In this document: positions 52,185-62,900 of the stretch, one piece after another
How positions within the stretch are numbered: the stretch's first letter is position 1
Layout of the letters: each line of letters begins with the position of its first letter
NCBI GenBank assembly: GCA_010909165.1
Contig: VJWM01000108.1
Span: forward strand, 558,001-622,000
Reading direction: 5' to 3'
DNA: 64,000 bases
DNA from: Anthoceros angustus
Lineage: Eukaryota > Plantae > Anthocerotophyta
The notes under the pieces: generated by a model
What the model was told of the DNA's origin: nothing
Database searches by the model: none
What the model saw: the letters and a program-made list of their open reading frames with translations, nothing else
Translations under genes and position numbers: made by a program

Positions 52185-53332
52185 GAATGAAGAAGAACTA
52201 GGCAAGCGCAGGTGAACTGTTAACAACACGCGGGAGACGGAGACATTCCAATGGGAGGTGATTGTCATCATATAGAGGACTTTGCTGTGCTCACTTTCGA
52301 TGAGCACCAAACAGGGCGTGGTAACAGTAGCATGAGGCAATATGGCTATGATCTTGTGAGAGCTAGTATCACGTCATGTTCCCTTGCTCGGCCCAGTAGA
52401 TCCACCACACGGTATCATGCTTCATGGCAGCTCGTCACCACATGCTTTTCACCAAGTCCGTATGAAAAAAGGGGGCTGCTTATCCAATTAAAAGGCTCAC
52501 TTCGATGAGCACCAAACAGGCGTGGTAACAGTAGCATGAGGCAATATGGCTATGATCTTGTGAGAGCTAGTATCACGTCATGTTCCCTTGCTCGGCCCAG
52601 TAGATCCACCACACGGTATCATGCTTCATGGCAGCTCGTCACCACATGCTTTTCACCAAGTCCGTATGAAAAAGGGGCTGCTTATCCAATTAAAAAGGCT
52701 CACCACTTTCCATTCAGCCATTTCAAACAAACCATTACAAACTACTCTCCCATGGAGTAGTATTGAAATTGGATGAAATGGTTCATGTTGAGGTTGTATT
52801 TTGCATATCTGAGTGAGCAACAAAGAACACACTGATATCTTGCATGAGCACCGCTTTAGTATGTTTGTAGTTTGTAGTAGTAGAATAATTCCAGTCGGTT
52901 CAAAACCCAAGGATGTGTTGATTGATTGAATTTTTTTTTTTTTGGTTTCCTTCCATTTTGATAGATCACGTGAGGTCAAAATCCAAGGAGATAACTGTAT
53001 ACTATTTATGTATGTCCTAGTTTTTTTTTTTTTGGTTTCCTTCCATTTTGATAGATCACGTGAGGTCAAAATCCAAGGAGATAACTGTATACTATTTATG
53101 TATGTCCTAGTGGAAAAGGCTATCGTAAAAAGTAGTTACACTTCCAAGATAGTATGCTATACATGCATGTCATAGTATGAAAGACTACCATAAAGAGTGA
53201 TTCCTCACTTGAGATAGTAGGCTATATATATGTATATCATAGTAGGAAAAACAATATATCAAATAAAGTGAGTATACAGTTCTTGCAAAAAATTAGCACT
53301 TGTTCTTGCAGCATCCAGTTTGATAGTTCAAA

Positions 53333-53746
53333 ATGAAATCAAAACAAAACTCCATGAACTTTCTAAAGCCGTTGCTGGGTCTTAGAAGTAATGCATATAA
53401 TGAGGATAGCAATGGAAAAGAAAGCAAGAAGCCTATGAAAGGGTACATAGTTGTGGAGGTGGGGGATGAAAGGATTAGGTTTTCTCTTTCAGTGGAGCTC
53501 AACCATGCCTTGCTCAGACCCTTATTAGACTATATGGAGGCTGAATTTGGCTTTCTTAAAAAAGGCAACTTGCATATTCCTTGCAATGTAGAGTTGTTCA
53601 AGAGATTGCTTCAATTTATCAGGAGTAAGCCACCGATACCAACTTCTACCCATCAAAGCATTCTTCATTATCATTGCACACGGAAGTTGGCTTTATGTCA
53701 CAAGTGTCAGGAGCTGAACCCGATGACAAAAAACTTCATTGAGTAG
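53333..53746 (+). CDS. SAUR (small auxin-up RNA) family protein
   Basis: KGYIVVEVGDERIRF...LNHALLRPLL...EAEFGF...GNLHIPCNVELF matches the SAUR consensus. Intronless, AT-rich context. Confidence 0.8.
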   Translation: MKSKQNSMNFLKPLLGLRSNAYNEDSNGKESKKPMKGYIVVEVGDERIRFSLSVELNHALLRPLLDYMEAEFGFLKKGNLHIPCNVELFKRLLQFIRSKPPIPTSTHQSILHYHCTRKLALCHKCQELNPMTKNFIE

Positions 53747-54632
53747 ATTCCTATTTCATAATGTTGTAGTCCCTAGTAGTTGGCACACGTAATGATGGGA
53801 GAATATGCGAACAAGAGAGTCAAGGTTAGAAGAATATGCGGACGGTGTGTCAAATATGCTTAGTTTCGACTCATCTGAAAAATTAGCTTAACCAGAACTT
53901 TATTACTTTATTTTCAAACCGAACCTCCCAGAGATATATGAAAGTAGAAAATTGCAAGTTAGATTTTTAACTTACAAGATTTCATCGAGGGTACGAGCAC
54001 ACAGCACTCAATCACTTCCCTGGTGAACTACTGCCACACGTGTGGTGGATCTACCGGGCCGAGCAAGAGAACTTGACGTGATACTAGCTCTCACAAGATC
54101 ATATGCATGTGCACGTACGGCCGCCTTGCCTCTGCCCTTTGCATCTTACATACATAGGACCATAGGACAAGGAGAGGCGATGTGTATGTAGCCGGCAGTT
54201 TGATTAACATGCACAGAAAAGTCATGACGAGAATCAAGGACATGCTGAAAGGATCTTATGCATTGAGTATCATAATAAAAAGTACATAATATTTATACGA
54301 AGTATGTGGTTATAGAATAACGTCTAGGTAGAGAGGGGTTTCTCTGGCAAAAAGGAGTTATGGCTAAAATCCCATCGTTTTTTGAGTGAAAATGCGCATT
54401 TTTTTTTTGTTTTAGGCTTTTTTTAAGGGTGTTTGCTAATTTAAATATGGTGTTCAAGCGCCACACCGTGCATGTTCATTTGGTCACAATGTACCGCATC
54501 CATGGGTGGACACCACAATTTTGAAGGGGTAAAAATAAGCGTTTCTTATTTTCACCCCTTCAAAATTTTGGGTAGAGCCATGCCCTCTTCTTGCACAACA
54601 CTATGGAGGAAGGTCTGAATGCCATGCCTGGG

Positions 54633-55225
54633 GTATCATGCTTCATGGCAGCTCGTCACCACATGCTTTTCACCAAGTCCGTATGAAAAAAGGGGGCTGC
54701 TTATCCAATTAAAAAGGCTCACCACTTTCCATTCAGCCATTTCAAACAAACTGTTACAAACCACTCTCCATGGAAGTAGTATTGAAATTGGATGAAATGG
54801 TTCATGTTGAGGTTGTATTTTGCATATCGAGTGAGCAACAAAGAACACACCATATCTTGCATGAGCACCGCTTTAGTATGTTGTAGTTTATAGTAGTAGA
54901 ATAATTCTCGTCGGTTCAAAACCCAAGGATGTGTTGATTGATTGATTTTTTTTTTTTTTGGCTTCCTTCCATTTTGATAGATCACGTGAGGTCAAAATCC
55001 AAGGAGATAACTGTATACTATTTATGTATGTCCTAGTGGAAAAGGCTATCGTAAAAAGTAGTTACACTTCCAAGATAGTATGCTATACATGCATGTCATA
55101 GTATGAAAGACTACCGTAAAGAGTGATTCCTCATTTGAGATAGTAGGCTATATATATGTATATCATAGTAGGAAAGACAATATATCAAATAAAGTGAGTA
55201 TACAGTTCTTGCAAAAAAATTAGCA
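54633..55225. repeat. Direct copy of the SAUR upstream region (52614-53297)
   Basis: Near-identical sequence ending at TTAGCA, followed by the (GAT)n tract. Confidence 0.85.
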
Positions 55226-55254
55226 TCATGATTAGCATCATGATTAGGAGAATT

Positions 55255-55322
55255 AGAAAATGATGATGATGATGATATTAGAATCATGATGATGATGAAA
55301 TTAGAATTATGATATTAGAATC

Positions 55323-55354
<32 letters not shown>

Positions 55355-55372
55355 CATTATCATCATCATCAT
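55255..55372. repeat. (GAT)n/(CAT)n microsatellite
   Basis: Seen directly. Confidence 0.9.
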
Positions 55373-55397
55373 CTCTAGACGTGTAAACTTAATATAA

Positions 55398-55913
55398 TGT
55401 AATGCATAATTTATGTTTCTAAAAGTCAATTTATGATTATTTCAATAAACATAATTGTGATTTGTCTTTCCTTCCGTGCCTCAAGAGCTTGTGGTTTTCG
55501 CTTTGGCCTTGAGTCTTGAGTCAGGTAGAGAAGGGTAGGACTCCTTTCGCCTCTGAGTCGAATAGGGTAGGGTAGGTCTCCAAAGATCGGTTGATTTGGT
55601 GACTTGATCGAACGCAATAGGGTGGATGCGCTACGATGGATTTGTCTCTGTTCCTCCAAGGGAGACGGGGACGGGTCTTTTCCCCCCCTTTTCCACTTTG
55701 CTCCGACGCACCTCTGAGTACACGACTGCAGGCAGCAGGTCTCCACGCTGGAAAGAGGATGTATAGAGGATTGCATTTGTGGTGGTTCAATGAGGAGCAA
55801 TAAAAGGTTAAGCTGGCTCGATGCCGCAGCCCATGCAACATATAGTTCCGTTGCCCGCTGTGCGCACATAGGGAGGATGTAGGGTTTAGGGTTTAGCTCA
55901 AAAAGTCGTTACA
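55398..55913 (-). mobile_element. Possible solo LTR
   Basis: Minus strand begins TGTAACGAC and ends CATTACA. No matching TSD found. Confidence 0.25.
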
Positions 55914-55925
55914 ACTTGCTTGTTC

Positions 55926-57735
55926 TCAAGGCCGGCCCCTACAACTGCAACAACCCTTTGCGAATCGATGTACCCGGTACCCATCCCTTACAACAATGTC
56001 TCTCTTTTCAAGCTTTGACATGATCTCCGTGGAACTGTGGCAGTCACTGCACGGAGTGTTCAAGAGACCAAACGCCAGAGCCAGTTTCTCAGTTTCTTTG
56101 CCCACAAAGCGCATCTTCCTTTTCCTTCTCACACACTGGCTTCAACACCAACTTTGTGAGGTACATGGCCTCCTTCTTGCTTCAGCCGTGCATTCGTGCT
56201 CTCCACCTTTAATGCAATATCCTCTCCTTCCTCCCACGAGAAATCTGTGTACCTCCTTATTCACCTCAATGCTCGCCATTGCAGGTTTCTTGTTAGGTCC
56301 TGCTGCCATTCTCAGTGTTTCAATCCTGTCTCCATCGGTCCACCTACCTGCATCTGCATAGGCATTGGCCATGAGCATATAGGCGGGCGCCTCCAGGGGG
56401 TCCAGCCTAACAATTCTTTCAAAACACCACATTGCCCTCTCTATGTCCCCGTGACTTTTGCAGGCATTCAACAAAGTCATCAAGCCCACAACATTGCTTT
56501 CGCACTCAAACGATAGTAGCATCTTCTGTGCCTCATCTAAATGGCCAGCACGCCCAAGAAGATCAGTCATGCAGGTGTAAAGCTCAATAGTAGGTTTGAT
56601 GCTATGCCGTTCAGCCATGGAATCGAAGTGCTTGCGACCCTCCTGGACTAGTCCCTCGTGACTGCAAGCTACTAGAAGGCAAGTAAAAGTAGCATCATTA
56701 GGCTGAACACCAGCAACTAACATCTCCTCAAAACAAGCCAGTGCCCTGCCACTGTGCAACACATCACGGTGCACTTTTCTGCCAGAATCCAAGTCGGCAG
56801 CAAATGCACAAGCTTGAAGGGCAGCTACAAAGACGTGAGCATCCGCCTTCACTCCTGACCTACGCATCTCATGGTACAATTGTACTGCCTCGTTAGATTT
56901 CCCATGCTTAGCGTATGCGGAGATTATGGAAGACCACATGAAGGCATCCGGTTTCCCCACTCTGGTGAAAACATCCATGGCCTCCTCTAGCCTGCCTCTA
57001 GAGGCATACATCCGCAAGATGTGGTTCCCCAAGTATGCATTCGACTCGTACCCAAGTTTGACATGAGGTGATGAACCCGTCGCCCCACAACCAAATCCTT
57101 CTTGGCAGTACACAATTTCAGCACAGTGCAAACCAAGGACAGGTGAATAGCTGAGTCTATCTGCGCCAGAGATTCCAGGGCCCGACGGCCTCAGAAAGTT
57201 TGCCCTACTGACATAACGTGCTCACGGTAACAGCAGTGACTACGCCCATCCCGGATCCTGCACGCCTCCCAGGTTCAGGATTACCTGGAGAGCTCGACTT
57301 GGAAGGAGAGGCACCGTGACCCATGTGCATATCCAAGGAAACGAGCTTCTCATCAACCCAAGCTGGCTTGAACATGTTGCTTAACCACAGCACCTCGCCA
57401 GAGCCCTTTCGCCGGAAGTCAGGCGAACGGGAGCTCTTCTTATCTCGTCTGTTGTCCCACCACCTGGTAGGGTCCAGGAAAAACTGTTGCCACATAGATT
57501 GTTGCTCCAGCTCCTGCTCCTGGCAACGACCGGCATCGCAGGAAAACCCGTCCCTACCCACACACTTTCTCGGAAGTGGAAGTGCTGGGCTCGTTGCACT
57601 GCTGCGCCTGGAGGCTTTGTTTGCCAGGGGTTGATTCCCTAAGAGGTGAGCGGGAGCTCCTGGTAGAATCCCTGTATATGTACACACGCCAATTTGTTGG
57701 GTCCACAACGGTTCCGGTTGTCGTACTGTGGCCAT
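55926..57735 (-). pseudogene. Internally deleted PDF-PPR-DYW:KP (GRP) gene
   Basis: Leader MATVRQPEPLWTQQ and intact PDF. PPR array jumps DVLHSG|RALACFEEM. DYW lacks the HAE His and the KNLRM segment. Confidence 0.72.
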
Positions 57736-58480
57736 GGGTCGTTCAGGGACCGCTGTCAGAAGATGGAGTCTAACAACAACAGACTATGGCACAATGCCCA
57801 GGTACTGTGCATGACCACACCATACGGGGCCCGGCATATCGGTAGCTTGGAGGTGTATGGGACAAGACAAACGCGTCCTCGGGTCCCCCACGCTCGCTAA
57901 CCCACAGCCTTCACAGCAGCCAGGCCAGGCCAGAAGAAGAATGGCAGTCCGCTCGGCCATCAGCCCCCCACACCCATGGTACCTGCTCGTGGGAGACCTG
58001 TCGCTAGACACCGGATTTCCATGTCTGCATTCGGTTGCAACCCTGAAATACTGACTGGCCTCTCTTGCTGCGCTCTGGCCCTTGCGAGGCTGAGAGAAAT
58101 CAGGATGCTATCAGCGCCTCATGAGATTTTCATGCCTTCCATTGCTTGCAGCCCTAAAACGATGACCGCCTCCGCAGACCTCTGGAACTCTGGCTCAAGA
58201 GTGGAACTCTGGGTTGCACTGGGCATTGCGCCTAGCTGTATATTCGTAAAGTGGTCGAGGTGGCACTGGGATCCCCCAACCTCGCCGGTAGCCGTTTTTT
58301 AGGCCTCGCTCGCCGTATAGATAAGTCTTGTGGCCCTCTCTAGATCTTCCATCTCCCACCCAAGTGATGTTGAGTTTGGTGCTTTCAGAATCATGAGCAC
58401 CATCTCGTGCCTTCCGGAAGGCACGAGATAGTGCTCATAGTCTGCTATTAGCTTCGCCTTCCGACTGCGGTCCTTGAACG

Positions 58481-59622
58481 ATGGCCACAGTATGGCAATC
58501 GGACCCGTTGTGGACCCAACAATTTGCCATGTGTACAGGAATGCTACTTGGAGCTCCCGCTCACCTCAATTTAGGGAGTCAACCTCTGGCCAACGAAGTC
58601 GCCAGGTGCAGCAGTGTAAGGACCCAAGCTCTTCCACTTCTGATCAAATGTGTGGGTCGGGACCGGGATGGGTCTTCCAACGATGCTGGTCATCACCAGG
58701 AGCAGGAGCAAATGTGGCAACAGTTTTTTCTGGACCCCACCGTGTGGTGGGACAACAGACGAGCTCACAAGAGCTCCCGATCGCCTCACTTCCGGCATAA
58801 GGGGTCCGGCGAGGTCCTGTGGTTAAACAGCATGTGTAAGCCCGCGTGGGTTGATGAGAAGCTAGTGTCCTTGGCTATCCACATGGGTCATGGTCCCTCT
58901 CCTTCCGAGTCGAGCACATGGGATAAGCCTAAACCTGAACCTGACCCTGGCAGGTGTGCAGAATCGGGGATGGGCTCCATGTCTAGCGGTATACGAGGCC
59001 CAGCACTTCCACTTCCGATACAAAGTGTGGGGGTGGATGAATTATCCAGCGAGGGTCGTCGCCAGGAGCAGGAAAATTTGTGGCAACACTTTTTTCTGGA
59101 CCCTACCATGTGGTGGGATAACAGACGAGGTAAGAGGAGCTCCCGTTCGCCTGACTTCCGCCGTAAGGGGTCCGGCGAGGTCCTCTGGTTGAACAACCTG
59201 TTCAACCCAGCTTGGGTTGATGAGCAGCTCGTTTCCTTGGATATGCACATGGGTTATGGTGCCTCTCCTTCCAAGTCGAGCACTCCAGATAAGCCTGAAC
59301 CTGGCAGGCGTGCAGGATCGGAATCAGCTGTAACCGTGAGCATGTTATGTCAGCAGGGAAAGCTTGCTGAGGCCGTTCGAGCCCTGGAATCTCTGGCGCA
59401 GTCAGACTCTCCCATTTCTCTGTCGCTGTTTCACACTGTGCTGAAACTGTGCACAGCCAAGAAGGATTTGGTTGTGGGTCGACGAGTTCATGATCTCACT
59501 GTCAAACTTGGGTACAGTGGAATGCATACTTGGGGAACCATATCTTGCGCATGTATGCATGTGGAGGTAGGCTAGAGGAGGCCATGGATGTGTTCACCAG
59601 GGTGGGCAAACCAGATGCCTTC
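58481..59622 (+). CDS. 5' part of a PPR gene with two tandem PDF motifs (58700-58875, 59065-59240), cut by a duplication junction
   Basis: 364-aa ORF containing two WQxFFLDPTxWWDNRR...P(D/H)FRxKGSGEVLWL motifs. Confidence 0.78.
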
Positions 59623-59942
59623 CATTGCTTGCAGCCCTAAAACGATGACCGCCGCAGACCTCTGGAACTCTGGCTCAAGAGGAACTCTGGGTTGCACTGG
59701 GCATTGCGCCATTGTATATTCGTAAAGTGGTCGAGGTGGCACTGGGATCCCCAACCTCGCCGGTAGCCGTTTTTAGGCCTCGCTCGCCGTATAGATAAGT
59801 CTTGTGGCCCTCTCTAGATCTTCCATCTTACCCAAGTGATGTTGATTTTGGTGTTTAGATCATGAGCACCATCTCGTGCCTTCCGGAAGGCACATAGTGC
59901 TCATAGTCTGCTAAGCTTCGCCTTCCGACTGCGGCCTGAACG

Positions 59943-62900
59943 ATGGCCACAGTATGGCAATCACCCTCGTGGACCCAACAATTTGCCATGTGTACAGGAA
60001 TGCTACTTGGAGCTCCCGCTCACCTCAATTTAGAGTCAACCTCTGGCCAACGAAGTGCCAGGTGCAGCAGTGTAAACCAAGCCTTCCACTTCTGATCAAA
60101 TGTGTGGGTCACCGATGGTCTTCCAACGATGCTGGTCATCACCAGGAGCAGGAGCAAATGTGGCAACAGTTTTTTTCTGGACCCCACCGTGTGGTGGGAC
60201 AACAGACGAGCTCTCACAAGAGCTCCCGATCGCCTCACTTCCGGCATAAGGGGTCCGGCGAGGTCCTGTGGTTAAACAGCATGTAAGCCGCGTGGGTTGA
60301 TGAGAGAACCAGTGTCCTTGGCTATCCACATGGGTCATGGTCCTCTCCTTCCGAGTCGAGCACATGGGATAAGCCTAAACCTGAACCTGACCCTGGCAGG
60401 TGTGCAGAATCATGCCAGCAGCTATACGAGGCCCAGCACTTCCGATACAAAGTGTGGGGGTGGATGAATTTCCAGCGAGGGTCGTCGCCAGGAGCAGGAA
60501 AATTTGTGGCAACAATTTTCTGGACCCTACCATGTGGTGGGACAGACGAGATAAGAAGAGCTCCCGTTCGCCTGACTTCCGGCGTAAGGGGTCCGGCGAG
60601 GTCCTGTGGTTAAACATGTTCAAGCCAGCTTGGGTTGATGAGCAGCTCGTTTCCTTGGATATGCAGATGGGTCATGGTGCCTCCTTCCAAGTCGAGCTCC
60701 GGATAAGCCTGAACCTGGCAGGCGTGCAGGATCGGAATCAGCTGTAACCGTGAGCATGTTATGTCAGGGAAGCTTTCTGAGGCCGTTGGAGCCCTGGAAT
60801 CTCTGGCGCAGTCAGACTCTCCCATTTCTCTGTCGCTGTTTCACACTGTGCTGAAACTGTGCACAGCCAAGAAGGATTTGGTTGTGGGTCGACGAGTACA
60901 TGACCTCACGGTCAAACTCGGGTACGAGTGGAATGCATACTTGGGGAACCATATCTTGCGCATGTATGCATGTGTAGGTAGACTAGAGGAGGCAATGGAT
61001 GTGTTCACCAGGGTGGGCAAACGAGATGCCTTCCTGTGGTGTTCCATAATCTCCGCGCACGTCAAGCATGGCAAAGCTGAGGAGGCTATACAACTGTACC
61101 ATGAGATGCGAAGGTCAGGAGTGAAGCCGAATGGTCACGTCTTTGTAGCTGCCCTTCAAGCTTGTGCATTTGCCGCCGATTTGGAATCTGGCAGAAAAGT
61201 TCATTCTGATGTTTTCCACAGCGGCATTCCTACTAACTTATTTGTTGGCAACTGCCTGGTGGACATGTATGCAAAATGTGGCGAACTGAAGGATGCACGC
61301 CAGGTTTTTGACAGCATGGCCACAAAGGATGTAGTGACATGGAATGCCATGATATCTGGGTATGCAAAATGTGGTGAAATAAAAGATGCACGCCAGGTTT
61401 TTGACAGCATGAACACGAAGAATGTGGTGACATGGAATGCCCTGATATCTGGGTATGCCGAGCAAGGGCTCGGACATGATGCTCTTGCTCTGTATGGAGA
61501 GATGGAGCAGGATGGGGTGACTTTGGGTAACCATATTACATTCGCTTGCCTTCTAAAGGCCTGTGCAACCACCGGTGCCTTACAGAAGGGCAGGCACTTG
61601 CACTCACTGATTGTCGAAAGAGGGCTGCTGGATAGAGTTGTGGTGGGCACGACCCTGGTGGACATGTATGCAAAATGTGGTGAACTGGATGATGCACGCC
61701 AGGTTTTTGACAGCTTAGCCACAAAGGATGTGGTGACGTGAAATGCTCTGATTGCTGGGTATGCCGAGCAAGGGCTCGGACATGAGGCGCTTGCTGTGTA
61801 TGGACAAATGGAGCAGGGGCCCGATTTTCGCTGACCATGTTACTTTTGCTTGCCTTCTGAAGGCCTGTGCAAGCACTGGTGCCTTACAGAAGGGCAGGCA
61901 GCTGCTCACAGATTGTCGAAAAGGACTGCTGGATGACGTAGTGTTGGGCAACAGCCTAGTGGACATGTATGCAAAATGTGGTGAACTGGAAGATGCACGC
62001 CAGGTTTTTGAAAGCTTGGCCACAAAGAATGTGGTGACATGGAATGCCCTGATAGCTGGGTATGCACAGCAAGGTCTCGGCCAAGAGGCGCTTCTTCTGT
62101 ACGGCCAAATGGAGCAAGAAGGCCTCATTTTGGCTGACGATGTGACTTTTTCCTGCCTTCTGAAAGCCTGTGGAAGCACTGGTGCCTTACAGAAGGGCAG
62201 GCAGCTGCACTCACTGATTGTCGAAAAAGGATTGCTGGATAACGTGGTGCTGGGCAACTGCCTGGTGGATATGTACATAAAATGTGGTGAACTGAAAGAT
62301 GCACGCCGGGTTTTTGACAGAATGGTCACGAAGGACGTGGTGACATGGACAGCGCTGATTGCTGGGTATGCACAGCAAGGGCTCGGAATTGAGGGGCTTG
62401 TTTTGTATGGACAAATGGAGCAGGAGGGCCTCATCATTGCTAACCATGTTACTTTTGCTTGCCTTCTCAATGCCTGTGCAAGCACTGGAGCCATAGAGAA
62501 GGGCAGGCAGCTGCACTCAGAGATTGTCAAAAGAGGACTGCTGGATAATGTCGTGTTGGGCACTGCCTGGTGGACATGTATGCAAAATGTGGTGAACTGG
62601 AAGATGCGCCAGGTTTTTGACAGCAGCCAAAGGATGTGGTGACATGGAATGCCCTGATTGCTGGGTATGCACAGCAAGGACTCGCCAAGAGGCGCTCTTG
62701 TGTATGGACAAATGGAGCAGGAGGGCCTGATTTTGGCTGACCATGTTACTTTTGCTTGCCTTCTGAAGGCCTGTGGAAGCACTGGTGCCTTACAGAAGGG
62801 CAGGCAGCTGCACTCACAGATTGTGGAAAGAGGACTGCTGGATAACATAGTGTTGGGCAACTGCCTGGTGGACATGTATGCAAAATGTGGTGAACTGGAA

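Noticed and set aside
52548-54103. ~65-bp inverted repeats flanking the SAUR gene, suggesting a Pack-type transposon
   Set aside because: The repeats translate as decayed PPR S2 motifs (VVDLxGRA...LAL) that belong to the 3' flanks of the converging PPR genes, and no convincing TSD was found.
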